DNA of 64,000 nucleotides from a candidate division WOR-3 bacterium. GTDB lineage: Bacteria > Hydrothermota > Tepidihabitantia > SM23-42 > CAYGYG01. The position numbers and the translations under genes are program-made. The notes below the pieces were generated by a model, which worked only from the letters and a program-made list of their open reading frames with translations, was not told the origin of the DNA and did not search any database. The stretch lies in NCBI GenBank assembly GCA_965648915.1, contig CBFGIV010000001.1, positions 32,001 to 96,000 on the forward strand, read 5' to 3'. This document shows positions 29,750-41,011 of this stretch, in pieces; the first letter of the stretch is position 1; every line of letters starts with the position of its first letter.

Positions 29750-30623
29750 CCTGGGCACAAGATCGATGGCGACATATGTTGAGACCGAAGATGTCAAAAT
29801 TTTAATTGATCCCTCATCTTCCCTGGCCCCGGATCGCTGGGGGCTTGAACCACATCCCCAGGAGATAAAGAGATGGAAAGAACACTGGCAGGCGATCATT
29901 GAGCATGCGAAGATTGCTGAGGTAATAGTCATAACCCACTATCATTATGATCACCATTTTCCAAAGAGAATCGAAGTCTTTAAGGATAAAATTGTTCTGA
30001 TTAAGGACCCGGAGTATAATATCAACCTTAACCAGAAAAGGCGGGCGGCCGAACTACTTACCGTGATTAAAGATGTGGCTAAAAAGATTGAGGTGGCCGA
30101 TTGTAAAAGATTTGATTTCGGCAAAACAAGAGTCAAATTTTCACCGCCTGTATTTCACGGCAAGAGTAATCGACTTGGATATGTAATTGAGGTGGCTATC
30201 GAAGCCGAAGAGAAATTTCTCTTTACCTCAGATGTCCAGGGCCCGCTCTGTTCAGAACAACTGGATTTTATTTTGAAAGAGAGCCCTGATATTGTCTATC
30301 TCGATGGTCCGTTAACCTATATGCTCGGTTCAGCCTATAAAAAGTCAGATCTTACTAACGCCATAAATAATATTGAGAAGATCCTGATGATGTCCAATTT
30401 AAAAACATTGATAATTGACCATCATCTTCTCCGGGACCGGGAATGGAGAGAGCGGGTTAAAAGGATTTTTAATTCAAAATATGATAATGTTAATATAGTA
30501 ACCGCTGCTGGTTTTTTGGGTAAAGAAGATGAAACATTAGAGGCGCACCGTAAGGCCTTATACGGTGTACCTGATCAAAACGAGAAAGGGAAGATGAAAG
30601 ATAGCAGACTAATTTGTGGATAA
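29721..30623 (+). CDS. MBL-fold metallo-hydrolase (UPF0282-like)
   Basis: Probable start MKIRPIAADSLGTRSMAT; THYHYDHH, SDVQGP and DHHLLRD motifs. Confidence 0.8.
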   Translation: MKIRPIAADSLGTRSMATYVETEDVKILIDPSSSLAPDRWGLEPHPQEIKRWKEHWQAIIEHAKIAEVIVITHYHYDHHFPKRIEVFKDKIVLIKDPEYNINLNQKRRAAELLTVIKDVAKKIEVADCKRFDFGKTRVKFSPPVFHGKSNRLGYVIEVAIEAEEKFLFTSDVQGPLCSEQLDFILKESPDIVYLDGPLTYMLGSAYKKSDLTNAINNIEKILMMSNLKTLIIDHHLLRDREWRERVKRIFNSKYDNVNIVTAAGFLGKEDETLEAHRKALYGVPDQNEKGKMKDSRLICG

Positions 30624-30723
30624 AGATGTGGATAATTTTAGAAATGGTGTGGAAAACTGATAAGTATTGAAATTACATAAAATACATCTTTTTCATCAAA
30701 GTATTTCTGTCTACTTATTCACA
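30615..30723. promoter_or_regulatory. DnaA-box cluster
   Basis: TGTGGATAA at 30615 and 30627, TGTGGAAAA at 30648 and TTATTCACA at 30715, in an AT-rich intergenic region. Confidence 0.7.
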
Positions 30724-30825
30724 TTTATTATATTTATCAATAAATCTAAGAAAATATAGGATTTTGCGATTAGATGCATAAAAAATTGTATAATTAAGAT
30801 TAAAATTGAGAGAAATAACCTAATT

Positions 30826-31818
30826 ATGAAAAAATCTGATATCGATTCAGTAAGGGACCTTAATCAGGCAAATAAAAAGATTGAGGATGAGATCTCAAAG
30901 ATAATTGTCGGGCAGAAACGGGTAATTGGTGAAGTCCTGATTGCCCTGCTTTCTGGAGGGCATTGTTTGATAATTGGTGTTCCCGGGCTGGCCAAGACAC
31001 TGCTGGTCAATACTATTGCTCAGGTTCTTGACTTAACCTTTAATCGTATCCAGTTTACTCCGGACCTGATGCCATCAGATATTACCGGCACCCAGATAAT
31101 CGAAGAGGACCTGACGACCGGTAAAAGATCTTTCCGGTTTATCAAAGGGCCGATATTCTCAAATGTAATTCTTGCCGATGAGATTAATCGAACCCCGCCC
31201 AAGACGCAATCGGCCTTACTTCAGGCGATGCAGGAATATAAGGTCACAGTTGGTGGTGAAACCTGTCCTGTGCCGAGGCCTTTTTTTGTGCTCGCCACGC
31301 AAAATCCAATTGAACAGGAAGGGACCTATCCGCTCCCCGAGGCCCAGCTCGATCGCTTTATGTTCTGTATTACAATCGAGTATCCTGAATTTGATGAGGA
31401 GAAAGAGATTATCAAAATGACCACCTCGGGTTATGGGGCTGAACTGAAAAAAGTTCTGACCGCTAACGAGATCAACGATCTACAGAAGTTGGTCAGAAGA
31501 ATCCCGGTGGCAGATGATGTTCTTGAATATGCAGTTAATATGGTACGGAGGTCACGACCGGATAATAGTCAGGCACCTGATTTTGTCAAAAAGTGGGTTG
31601 CCTGGGGCGCAGGGCCAAGGGCTTCACAGTATCTGATTCTTGCATCAAAGACCAGGGCAGCGCTGGATGGCCGTTATACACCAACGATTGAAGATGTCAA
31701 TTACATTGCCAAAGTAGTTCTCAGACACAGGATTATTACAAATTTTAATGCCGAGGCAGATGGTATAAAACCGGATTATATTATCGACCGGTTAATTGAA
31801 CTTATGGCCAGAAAATAG
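30826..31818 (+). CDS. MoxR family AAA+ ATPase
   Basis: GVPGLAKT, RIQFTPDLMPSD, DEINRTPPKTQSALL, ATQNPIEQEGTYPLPEAQLDRF. Confidence 0.93.
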   Translation: MKKSDIDSVRDLNQANKKIEDEISKIIVGQKRVIGEVLIALLSGGHCLIIGVPGLAKTLLVNTIAQVLDLTFNRIQFTPDLMPSDITGTQIIEEDLTTGKRSFRFIKGPIFSNVILADEINRTPPKTQSALLQAMQEYKVTVGGETCPVPRPFFVLATQNPIEQEGTYPLPEAQLDRFMFCITIEYPEFDEEKEIIKMTTSGYGAELKKVLTANEINDLQKLVRRIPVADDVLEYAVNMVRRSRPDNSQAPDFVKKWVAWGAGPRASQYLILASKTRAALDGRYTPTIEDVNYIAKVVLRHRIITNFNAEADGIKPDYIIDRLIELMARK

Positions 31819-31836
31819 ATCAAAATTAGGGCGATT

Positions 31837-33183
31837 ATGGTTAAAAACCGAATACTGGTTGTGGATGATGATGAATCGATCAGAGACTCGATGAAGGAGT
31901 GGTTGGGCAGCAGAGGCTATGAAGTTCATACTGCAGCCGATGGGTATCAGGCGATTGAAAGGGTTAAAGAAGAAGATTGGGATTTACTGCTGGTTGATCT
32001 GAAGATGCCCGGTATTGATGGCCTTGAGGTGTTAAAGACTGTAAATAAGATAAGAAAAGGCCTGCCAGTTATTATCATTACTGCATTTGCAACTATCGAT
32101 ACGGCGGTGGTCGCGATGAAAGAAGGGGCGGCTGATTACATACTGAAGCCATTCGATCCAGAAGAGCTCCTTATTGTTATAGGTAAACTTATTGAACACC
32201 AGCTGCTCATCAAAGAGAATATTCTTTTACGGCAGGAGTTGACCAAAAGATTTAATTTTCAGAACCTCATCGGAAAGAGTCCAAAGATGATCAAGATTTT
32301 TGATCTGATAAAGACGGTAGCGCCAACAAAGTCAAATATCCTAATTAAAGGTGAAAGTGGAACCGGTAAAGAACTCGTTGCTCGTGCTATTCATGAACTT
32401 AGTCTTAGAAAAGAAGGTCCTTTTATTCCGATTAACTGTGGTGCTTTACCCGAGTCACTCCTCGAAGCAGAACTCTTTGGTTATGAAAAGGGCGCTTTTA
32501 CTGGTGCGGTCGCTCAACATCGGGGGCGGATTGAAATGGCGGATAGAGGGACATTGTTTCTCGATGAAGTTGGAGACATCAGCCTCAAGACCCAGACCGA
32601 TCTATTGAGATTTATTCAGGAGCGGGAGTTTATGCGTCTGGGGGGCAGGGTTTCAATAAAGGTAGATTTAAGAATTATTTCGGCAACGAATAAAAATATC
32701 GAGGAGTTAATTAAACAGGGTAAATTCCGGGAGGATTTATATTATCGCCTGAATGTAATTACGATCGAGATCCCTCCCCTGCGTGACCGGAAAGAAGATT
32801 TACCACTTCTGATTGAACATTTTCTAACAAAATTTAGCCTTGAGACCGAAAAAGAGATAAATCGGGTCAGCGATGATGCAATGAAGTTATTATTAAATTA
32901 TCACTGGCCGGGCAATGTCAGACAACTGGAGAACACGATCGAACACGCAGTGGTAATCAGCAAGGGGCCACAGATAACTATTTCCGATTTGCCCGAACAT
33001 CTTCTGTCAACTGAGGAGTTTCAAGAAGGGGATCAATCCTTAGAAGCAATTGAGCGAACCCATATCTTGAATATTCTTAAAAAAAATAACTGGAATATAA
33101 CAAGATCGGCAAAGATCTTAGGCATAAATCGATTGACTCTTTATAATAAGATAAGAGATTTTGATTTAAAGGCGAATAAATAG
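31837..33183 (+). CDS. sigma54-dependent response regulator (NtrC/AtoC family)
   Basis: REC domain, GESGTGKE, GAFTGA, WPGNVRQL, C-terminal Fis-type HTH. Confidence 0.95.
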   Translation: MVKNRILVVDDDESIRDSMKEWLGSRGYEVHTAADGYQAIERVKEEDWDLLLVDLKMPGIDGLEVLKTVNKIRKGLPVIIITAFATIDTAVVAMKEGAADYILKPFDPEELLIVIGKLIEHQLLIKENILLRQELTKRFNFQNLIGKSPKMIKIFDLIKTVAPTKSNILIKGESGTGKELVARAIHELSLRKEGPFIPINCGALPESLLEAELFGYEKGAFTGAVAQHRGRIEMADRGTLFLDEVGDISLKTQTDLLRFIQEREFMRLGGRVSIKVDLRIISATNKNIEELIKQGKFREDLYYRLNVITIEIPPLRDRKEDLPLLIEHFLTKFSLETEKEINRVSDDAMKLLLNYHWPGNVRQLENTIEHAVVISKGPQITISDLPEHLLSTEEFQEGDQSLEAIERTHILNILKKNNWNITRSAKILGINRLTLYNKIRDFDLKANK

Positions 33184-33330
33184 CCACTACCGTTTATAAA
33201 ACAAACATTATAATATCCAAAAAATAAAGGCATATTGCTTTTGTCTATTTTTTAATCAATACCTATTAAAAAATAATCGTTATAATCTAATTATTCATCT
33301 GAAAAATCAGGACTTATTCTACATAGAGAT

Positions 33331-33346
33331 AGGCACATTTTTTGCA
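33331..33346 (+). promoter_or_regulatory. sigma54 (-24/-12) promoter
   Basis: AGGCACATTTTTTGCA (GG-N10-GC), directly downstream of the sigma54 activator gene. Confidence 0.7.
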
Positions 33347-33356
33347 ATTTATATAA

Positions 33357-33560
33357 GTGATGGCAACAAAATGTCCTTTCCTTGAAGAAGTTATTGTCCG
33401 TTATTGTACGCTCTGCCCGATAAGGAAGATGTTGCCCAAAGACAGCTTGATCGACCAGGGTCCGTGCTGTGACAATTACCAGGAATGTTCTATCTATAGA
33501 GATTTTACAGATAAGAGTAGAAAATTTTATGAAAAAAGAAAAGATTCTAATAATAGATGA
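33357..33560 (+). CDS. Small Cys-rich hypothetical protein
   Basis: KCPFLEE...YCTLCP...PCCDNYQECSIY; first ORF after the sigma54 promoter; overlaps the kinase start. Confidence 0.6.
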   Translation: MMATKCPFLEEVIVRYCTLCPIRKMLPKDSLIDQGPCCDNYQECSIYRDFTDKSRKFYEKRKDSNNR

Positions 33561-34623
33561 CGAACAGGCAGTATGTGAGGCCTGCAGTGCCATACTCAAG
33601 GCTGAAAACCTTGATGTTTTTACAGCTCAGGACGGGCCCTCAGGCCTGCAAAGATTCGAGGAGACAAAACCGGATGTCGTCTTTATTGACTTAAAAATGC
33701 CTGGTATGTCGGGGATGAATGTTCTTTCTCGATTGAACGAAAAAGATCCGGATGCAGTTTTGATTGTTATTACAGGATATTCGACGATTGAATCGGCGGT
33801 GGAGTCGATGAAGAGAGGGGCATTCGATTATCTCCCCAAGCCGTTCACGCCTGATGAATTAAGGATTATTACAAAAAGGGCGTTAGAGAAGAGAGCAGCG
33901 GTGATTGAAGCCCGGAGAGTGAAAGAAGAGAAGGAACAGATGCGTCAGAATTTTATCTCTCTGGTTTCTCATGAATTGAGGACACCATTGGCGGCAGTAA
34001 TGCAGTACATAGAGGTTCTCTCGGTCAGCCTCGCCGGTAAACTTTCTCCAGAGCAGTTTAAAATTATCGAGCGAATGAAAGTGCGAATGAATGAGCTCCT
34101 TTCTTTGATTGATCGCTGGTTAAAACTTGCCCGGATCGAGGAGTTAAAATTAAAGGATAGTTTCAAATATTTTGCACTTGATCAGGTAATCAAAGAAGCC
34201 ATGGAACTAACCGACCCGCTTGCTCGAGAGAAGAAGATAAAGGTCGAACTGATCCACACAGACAATGATGCACAGATCAATGGTGATCGTGATATGATTA
34301 AGGAGATTTTCGTGAATCTGATAACTAACGGAATCAAATATAATCGGGAAGGGGGGTCGGTTCAGGTTTCATTACGTGGAGATGAGAACTTCTGGATTAT
34401 CGATGTCATTGATACCGGGATTGGTATCAAGGATAAAGATCTACCGATGATTGGTCAAGAGTTCTATCGAGTGAGACAAGAGGGGCTAGTGTCTGGTTCC
34501 GGTCTTGGTCTGGCAATTGTCAGGAAGATTTTAAGTATCCACGATGGTAAGTTGGAGATAAAGAGTCAAGTCGGGCAGGGCAGTACATTCAGTGTCTATT
34601 TGCCCAGGCTTTCTAAACAATGA
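33529..34623 (+). CDS. Hybrid sensor histidine kinase (REC-HisKA-HATPase)
   Basis: Probable start MKKEKILIIDD; SHELRTPL, NGIKYN, DTGIGI, GSGLGL. Confidence 0.9.
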   Translation: MKKEKILIIDDEQAVCEACSAILKAENLDVFTAQDGPSGLQRFEETKPDVVFIDLKMPGMSGMNVLSRLNEKDPDAVLIVITGYSTIESAVESMKRGAFDYLPKPFTPDELRIITKRALEKRAAVIEARRVKEEKEQMRQNFISLVSHELRTPLAAVMQYIEVLSVSLAGKLSPEQFKIIERMKVRMNELLSLIDRWLKLARIEELKLKDSFKYFALDQVIKEAMELTDPLAREKKIKVELIHTDNDAQINGDRDMIKEIFVNLITNGIKYNREGGSVQVSLRGDENFWIIDVIDTGIGIKDKDLPMIGQEFYRVRQEGLVSGSGLGLAIVRKILSIHDGKLEIKSQVGQGSTFSVYLPRLSKQ

Positions 34624-34664
34624 ATTTAAGATAGTATTTTTTAAGAAACTTTTAAGGAGCCAAA

Positions 34665-35456
34665 ATGAAAAAATCAAAGATTTTAATAATCGATGATGAC
34701 CCGGATTTTAATACCGCTACCAGAATAATGCTGGAAGATGCGGGGTATGAAGTTGCTATAGCCCTGACCGGACGGGAAGGGTTAGATAGCATGCGCAAAG
34801 CGCGACCTGACCTGATCATACTCGATGTGATGCTGCCAGATATTAATGGTTTTTCCGTCTGCCGGGAGATTAAGGACGATCCTAATTCTTCAACCATCCC
34901 AGTTATTCTTCTAACTTCAGTAAGTGCAAAGCCCGGTGGCTATGCCGAGAATATTGCGCGCGAGCATAAAGCAGATTCTTTTTTAGAAAAGCCAGTCGAC
35001 CGGACGAAGTTACTTCAGGCCGTCAATACATTACTGGTACCGTCACCGGTTAAAGAAAAACGTGGCCGAGCAAAGATTTTACTGGTTGATGATGACCCCG
35101 ATATGGTTGAGGCGACAAAACAGATTCTTCAGGCGAATAACTTTGAGGTAATAACGGCCAAAGACGGTGAAGAGGGGCTGGTCAAGGCAAGATATGAAAA
35201 TCCTGATCTTATTCTCCTCGATGTGATTATGCCCGGGAAAGATGGTTATACGGTCTGCTATGAGTTGCGTAAAAGCGGTCAGACCCGATCGATCCCGATT
35301 ATTATGCTTACCGCAATTGGTCAGCAACTGTCGCGGCCTGAGTATGGGATGGATATTGCAATTGACCATCTGGCGGATGATTATATTGCTAAACCGTTTG
35401 ACACTCCGACCCTGTTGAAGAAGATCGAGAAACATCTTACATTTTATAGCGGATGA
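34665..35456 (+). CDS. Tandem double-receiver response regulator
   Basis: Two KILxxDDDPD...PDLIxLDV..P...KP receiver domains and no output domain. Confidence 0.9.
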   Translation: MKKSKILIIDDDPDFNTATRIMLEDAGYEVAIALTGREGLDSMRKARPDLIILDVMLPDINGFSVCREIKDDPNSSTIPVILLTSVSAKPGGYAENIAREHKADSFLEKPVDRTKLLQAVNTLLVPSPVKEKRGRAKILLVDDDPDMVEATKQILQANNFEVITAKDGEEGLVKARYENPDLILLDVIMPGKDGYTVCYELRKSGQTRSIPIIMLTAIGQQLSRPEYGMDIAIDHLADDYIAKPFDTPTLLKKIEKHLTFYSG

Positions 35457-35953
35457 TTAAAGAAGAACTCTTTCCTAAATTCAAATACGAAATTGCTCAG
35501 GAACCAGGTGGCGAGAATATCAGGGCTTGCTTTGCCTGTGGTATCTGCACGGCAAGTTGTCCAATAAGAGAGATCGATGAACGGTATAATCCGCGTCGGA
35601 TAATTCGTATGGTCCTTTTGGGGATGAAAAAGAGAGTCTTGACAAGCGATTTTATCTGGTTCTGCTCAAGTTGTTATGCCTGCACGGAGCGGTGTCCACA
35701 GGGAGTAAAGTTTACAGATGTTATCAATGCGATCAAGAATCGAGCGGTTAAGGAAGGTCATATACACCATTCTTTGGCCACGCAGATTGATATACTGGGA
35801 AGGCAATGTAGGCTTTATGAAATCGACGATTTTGACAACAACAAACGTCAGTCGCTTGGCCTGCCCAGAGTGCCAAAGACTAAGGGATTTATCCGGAAGA
35901 TTATGACGATAACCGGGATTAATAAGATTAGAACTGGTAAAGATAGACAGTAG
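35453..35953 (+). CDS. hdrC: Heterodisulfide reductase subunit C-like Fe-S protein
   Basis: CFACGICTASCP and CSSCYACTERCPQGV. Confidence 0.9.
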   Translation: MIKEELFPKFKYEIAQEPGGENIRACFACGICTASCPIREIDERYNPRRIIRMVLLGMKKRVLTSDFIWFCSSCYACTERCPQGVKFTDVINAIKNRAVKEGHIHHSLATQIDILGRQCRLYEIDDFDNNKRQSLGLPRVPKTKGFIRKIMTITGINKIRTGKDRQ

Positions 35954-36011
35954 ATCAGACCTTCAGTTCATACTTTATGCTGATACTATTTTAAAAAAAG
36001 TGTGGTAGAAG

Positions 36012-36902
36012 ATGAGGTATCTATTATTTCCTGGTTGCACGGTTCTTGGGCGCGGTAGAAATTATGAGATGTCAGCCCGGGCAGTAGCGAAAGCCCTGGG
36101 TATTGAATTTATTGATAATGATGATTTTGAATGTTGTGGATTTCCATTAAAGTCGGTTGATTATGAAACTTATTTCTTGATCGCAGCGTTTAATATCCTT
36201 TCGGCCGAAAGTCAGGGATTAAATATCTGCGCTCTCTGTAACGCCTGTTTAAGTTCGCTGACCGAGGTCAATAAAAAACTGATTGAAGATTTTGACCGGA
36301 AGGCAAGGATCATTGCTCTGCTCAGAAGGCAGGGATTCAGTTATCGAATGGGTGAAAATATTGCAGTGAAGCATTTTACCCGGATTATCTATGAAGAAAT
36401 TGGACTTGAAGAGATCGGCAAGATGATAAGGGTAAGACTCGGTGGGATTAGAATTGCCCCTCATTATGGTTGCCACTATTTAAGACCAGCGGAAATTTAC
36501 AATCACATTGAAGACCCGGAAAATCCTCATTCCTTGGATGAACTTATTAGTGTAACCGGTGCGCAGTCGGTCGAATATCCTGAAAAACTAAAATGCTGTG
36601 GTGCTGGGGTACTGGCAATTGATGAAGAACTGGCCTATTCGATTGCTCGACCAAAACTTCAGAGGTTAACTCAGGACTCAATTGATGCTATTGTTCTGGC
36701 GTGTCCGTTCTGTAGTGTAATGTTTGATGATAATCAGAAGAAGATGGAGCATAAATTCCAGGAACAGTACAATCTCCCAGTTCTTTACTACCCTCAGATT
36801 TTAGGTCTGGCACTGGGATTAGAACCCAGAATCCTTGGTCTCCAGATGAACCGGGTATCAACAAAGTCATTGCTGGAAAAGATAGCAAAATTACCGCATT
36901 GA
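36012..36902 (+). CDS. hdrB: Heterodisulfide reductase subunit B-like
   Basis: Two CCG domains (FPGC...ECCG...CNAC; HYGCH...KCCG...CPFC). Confidence 0.92.
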   Translation: MRYLLFPGCTVLGRGRNYEMSARAVAKALGIEFIDNDDFECCGFPLKSVDYETYFLIAAFNILSAESQGLNICALCNACLSSLTEVNKKLIEDFDRKARIIALLRRQGFSYRMGENIAVKHFTRIIYEEIGLEEIGKMIRVRLGGIRIAPHYGCHYLRPAEIYNHIEDPENPHSLDELISVTGAQSVEYPEKLKCCGAGVLAIDEELAYSIARPKLQRLTQDSIDAIVLACPFCSVMFDDNQKKMEHKFQEQYNLPVLYYPQILGLALGLEPRILGLQMNRVSTKSLLEKIAKLPH

Positions 36903-36920
36903 GAGAAATGAGAAGCCGAA

Positions 36921-37811
36921 ATGGAAGAAGCAGAAAATAGACGGCAAACCGAAAGTGTCGTTGGTGCTGTTTTGGTTGTAGGCGGTGGAATCGGTGGCAT
37001 TCAGGCGGCGCTTGATCTGGCCGATTCTGGCTTTAAAGTCTATCTTTTAGAAAAAGAACCCAGCATTGGTGGCGTGATGGCTCAACTGGACAAGACTTTT
37101 CCAACCAATGATTGCTCAATGTGTATCCTTGCACCTAAACTGGTCAGTGTTGCTCGCCACCCGAATATCAAGGTTATTACTAACGCCGACATCGAAGAAA
37201 TATCCGGCTCGGCCGGACATTTTGTAGTGCAAATCAAAAAGCGGCCGCGTTTTATTGATGAAGAAAAATGCACCGGTTGTGGCCTTTGTATGCAGAATTG
37301 CCCGGTGCGCCAGATCGTCGATCTTAAAGAAGAGGATGATAAACTTTTTTTGAAACCTGAGGATCAGAATAAGGTCGAGGAGATTTTGAAGGAGTATCGG
37401 TCGAAGAAAGGCAATCTAATGCCAATTCTACAAAGGATTAACTCCTCGTATAATTACCTGCCGGGCGACTTGCTCCGTTATATTTCACGGGAGCTCGATA
37501 TTCCGTTAAGCCAGATTTATAATATTGCTACTTTTTATAATGCCTTTAGCCTGGTGCCAAAGGGGCGTCATACGATTGCAATCTGTCGAGGCACTGCCTG
37601 CCATGTTCGGGGATCGCTCCGGATCCTGGAGAAACTGGAGCAGGAACTCGGCGTTGGTGACGGTGGGACAACTGAAGATTTAAGATTTTCTATCCAGACC
37701 GTACGCTGCATCGGTTGTTGCAGTATTGCGCCTGCGGTCAGAATTGACCGGGATACCTTTGGTAATGTCCGGCCCAGTCAGTTAATGAATCTATTGAGGA
37801 AATACCAATGA
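36921..37811 (+). CDS. Fusion of HdrA N-terminal FAD segment and NuoE/HydC-like [2Fe-2S] domain
   Basis: [29 protein letters not shown] and [12 protein letters not shown], then [26 protein letters not shown]. Confidence 0.88.
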   Translation: MEEAENRRQTESVVGAVLVVGGGIGGIQAALDLADSGFKVYLLEKEPSIGGVMAQLDKTFPTNDCSMCILAPKLVSVARHPNIKVITNADIEEISGSAGHFVVQIKKRPRFIDEEKCTGCGLCMQNCPVRQIVDLKEEDDKLFLKPEDQNKVEEILKEYRSKKGNLMPILQRINSSYNYLPGDLLRYISRELDIPLSQIYNIATFYNAFSLVPKGRHTIAICRGTACHVRGSLRILEKLEQELGVGDGGTTEDLRFSIQTVRCIGCCSIAPAVRIDRDTFGNVRPSQLMNLLRKYQ

Positions 37812-40800
37812 GAATTACAACCCTTGCCGATTTATCAAAAATTAAAGAATCCGCACGTAATCGCTTATATCCAGAAAATAGGACACGCATAACTGTAGGT
37901 ATGGCAACCTGCGGACTCGCCACCGGTGCGGAAGCAGTCTATGATTATCTTGTAAAAAATAGTGATGCGGAAGTCCTGGTTATCCCAGTCGGTTGTCTGG
38001 GATTCTGCCAAAAAGAACCGCTGGTTGATATTCGGGCTCCGGGTTATCCCCGGCTAACCTTTGTCCAGGTTAACGAGACGAAGGTTAAACAGATATATGA
38101 TATGTTGAGACAGAACCGGCTCGATACAGAATGGGCTGAGTGGCGTATGGATGAAGACTATTTTTTAATCACCGATGAGAAATATCAACTTACCGACGGC
38201 TCGATACCCGACCGTATTAAACTGATTACCACCTACGAGAATGTTCCTTTTTTTAAGAAGCAGTTCAAAATCGCTCTGCGCAATTGTGGTTTCATCAATC
38301 CCGAAGATATTGAGGAATATATCGCGCGTGGAGGATATTTTGCACTCTATAAAGTTCTCAACAATATGAAACCCGAAGATGTGATTGAGGAGATGAAGAT
38401 TTCTGGATTAAGAGGCAGGGGCGGGGCCGGGTTTCCAACCGGGCTGAAATGGGATATCTGTCGCCGGATGAAAGGTGACGTTAAATATATCATCTGCAAT
38501 GCAGACGAGGGTGACCCCGGTGCCTATATGGATCGCTCAATCCTTGAAGGCGATCCGCATTCAGTAATTGAAGGTATGCTGATTGGTGCTTATGCAATCG
38601 GCGCCACTGAGGGCTATATCTACGTCCGAACTGAATACCCATTGGCGATTGAACGGTTCGCTAAGGCCCTTAAAGACGCTCAGACCTATGGATTCCTGGG
38701 GGAAAGAATTTTTGGTAAGGACTTCAATTTTAAGATTAATATAGCCCAGGGCTCCGGGGCCTTTGTTTGTGGGGAGGAGACTTCGCTTATTGCATCGATT
38801 GAAGGAAGAGCACCAGAGCCGAGGCTGAGGCCGCCGTTTCCGGCCGAATCCGGTCTGTGGGGTAAACCTACTAATATCAATAATGTTGAGACCTGGGCCA
38901 ATGTACCGGTGATAATTGCCCGGGGAGGTTCCTGGTTTGCAGGCATCGGAACAGAAATGAGCAAGGGGACGAAGGTTTTTTCTCTGGTTGGTAAGATTGA
39001 AAATACCGGCCTGATTGAGGTGCCGATGGGGATAAAACTGGATGAGATCCTGGAATTAGGTGGTGGTATACCCAGAGGCAGGAAATTCAAAGCGATTCAG
39101 ACCGGGGGTCCATCTGGTGGATGTATTCCGTTGAAATTGATAAATCTCCCGGTCGATTATGAACGATTGGCTGAGGCCGGTTCAATTATGGGATCAGGCG
39201 GTATGATCGTGATGGATGAGCGAACCTGTATGGTTGATATTGCCCGATATTTTCTGGAATTCTTAAAAGATGAGTCATGCGGAAAGTGCGTCTCCTGTCG
39301 GGAGGGAACCCGACAGATGTATGAAATAGTAAAGCGAATTACTGAAGGTCAGGGCAGAGAAGAGGATATTGATCTCTTAGAAAACATAGGATATGCTGTG
39401 AAATCTGCTTCAATGTGTGGTCTGGGACAAACGGCTGCCAACCCGATACTTTCAACGATTAAATATTTCCGAAGCGAGTATGAGGCACACATTAAATATA
39501 AAAGATGTCCAGCAGTTGTCTGTAAAGAAATAGTCTCCTCACCCTGTCAACATACCTGTCCAATCGGTACTGAAGCCCAGGTTTACATTACGAGGATTGC
39601 CCGGGGTGAATTTCATAAGGCATTAGATGTGATTGCGCGGGAGAACCCTATGCCCGCAAGTATTAGCCGTATCTGCCATCACCCATGTGAAAGGATCCTC
39701 TGCCGGGCAGGGGAGATTGGTGAACCGATAAGTATTCGAGGGCTAAAACGTTTTGTGACCGACTGGGCAAGATCAGTAAATGTCGAGATACCTTTACCGA
39801 AGAGGGATGCACTGACGGGCAAAAAAGTCGCCATTATCGGTTCCGGACCGGCTGGACTTTCGGCCGGTTATTATCTCTCCCTGAAAGGTCACCGGGTAAC
39901 AATTTTTGAAGCCGAAAATCAACCGGGCGGTATGCTCTTTGTTGGAATACCGGAATATCGCCTGCCTCGAGATATACTCCAGTATGATATTAAAAACATC
40001 GAACGGAGCGGTGTTGAGATAATAACCGGCGTAAAGGTTGGTGTGGACATAAAAATTGATGACCTGTTCAGGCAGGGTTATAATGCAATTTTTATTGCGA
40101 TTGGCGCGCATGAGAGTATCAAATTAAATATCCCGGGAGAGGAAGATCCCGATGTCTTATCAGCAATGAATTTTTTAAGAGCAATCCATACCGGGCAGAA
40201 GGTGGCTCTCGGTAAAAGTGTTTGTGTGCTCGGTGGTGGAAACTCAGCAATTGATGCGGCCCGGGTGGCGAGAAGACTCGGCTGTGAGGTAACAATTGTC
40301 TATCGTCGAACGCGTAGCGAAATGCCGGCATTCGTTGAGGAGATCGAAGGTGCACTCGAAGAAGGGGTTAAATTGATTTATTTGACTGCACCCCAGAAGA
40401 TTATAAGGCAGAATGACAAACTTCAATTGCATTGTATAAGGATGACCCTGGGAGAATATGATGAGTCGGGCCGGAGACGCCCGGTACCAGTACCGGCTTC
40501 TGAATTCTTTTTAGAATTTGATTCCATCATTTCTGCCATCGGCGAAAAACCTCGGAGTGAATTCTTGAAGGATTTTGTAAAGTTAACGAAATGGGGAACG
40601 ATCGAAGTTGATCCCGAGAGTTTGAGGACGAGCCGTCCCGGAGTCTATGCGGGTGGAGATGCAATTCGCGGGCCAAGTACCGCAATCGAAGCAATTCGTG
40701 ATGGTAAGATTGCGGCTGAGGCAATTGATAATTATTTAAAAAATAGAACCTGGAAGATTACTTATCAGGTGACCCGTCCCTCAGAATATCTGGAACCGAT

Positions 40801-41011
40801 CGAAATGACTGAAGACGAGATCAGGGAATTTAAACGGCCGGTAATGCCCACTTTAGCGCCGAATGAACGGATAAATGGCTTTACTGAGATCGAACTGGGA
40901 TATTCAACCGAGGCGGCGATAAAAGAAGCCCGACGTTGCCTGAGGTGTGATCTGGATACAAATGAAGGAAGGAAGTTTATTGAAAAACAGAAGGTCCGAA
41001 CCGATGGTTAA
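37808..41011 (+). CDS. Fusion of NuoF/HydB-like NADH/FMN subunit and GltD/NfnB-like FAD/NAD(P)H domain
   Basis: [30 protein letters not shown] and [10 protein letters not shown], followed by [34 protein letters not shown] and EARRCLRC. Confidence 0.9.
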   Translation: MRITTLADLSKIKESARNRLYPENRTRITVGMATCGLATGAEAVYDYLVKNSDAEVLVIPVGCLGFCQKEPLVDIRAPGYPRLTFVQVNETKVKQIYDMLRQNRLDTEWAEWRMDEDYFLITDEKYQLTDGSIPDRIKLITTYENVPFFKKQFKIALRNCGFINPEDIEEYIARGGYFALYKVLNNMKPEDVIEEMKISGLRGRGGAGFPTGLKWDICRRMKGDVKYIICNADEGDPGAYMDRSILEGDPHSVIEGMLIGAYAIGATEGYIYVRTEYPLAIERFAKALKDAQTYGFLGERIFGKDFNFKINIAQGSGAFVCGEETSLIASIEGRAPEPRLRPPFPAESGLWGKPTNINNVETWANVPVIIARGGSWFAGIGTEMSKGTKVFSLVGKIENTGLIEVPMGIKLDEILELGGGIPRGRKFKAIQTGGPSGGCIPLKLINLPVDYERLAEAGSIMGSGGMIVMDERTCMVDIARYFLEFLKDESCGKCVSCREGTRQMYEIVKRITEGQGREEDIDLLENIGYAVKSASMCGLGQTAANPILSTIKYFRSEYEAHIKYKRCPAVVCKEIVSSPCQHTCPIGTEAQVYITRIARGEFHKALDVIARENPMPASISRICHHPCERILCRAGEIGEPISIRGLKRFVTDWARSVNVEIPLPKRDALTGKKVAIIGSGPAGLSAGYYLSLKGHRVTIFEAENQPGGMLFVGIPEYRLPRDILQYDIKNIERSGVEIITGVKVGVDIKIDDLFRQGYNAIFIAIGAHESIKLNIPGEEDPDVLSAMNFLRAIHTGQKVALGKSVCVLGGGNSAIDAARVARRLGCEVTIVYRRTRSEMPAFVEEIEGALEEGVKLIYLTAPQKIIRQNDKLQLHCIRMTLGEYDESGRRRPVPVPASEFFLEFDSIISAIGEKPRSEFLKDFVKLTKWGTIEVDPESLRTSRPGVYAGGDAIRGPSTAIEAIRDGKIAAEAIDNYLKNRTWKITYQVTRPSEYLEPIEMTEDEIREFKRPVMPTLAPNERINGFTEIELGYSTEAAIKEARRCLRCDLDTNEGRKFIEKQKVRTDG

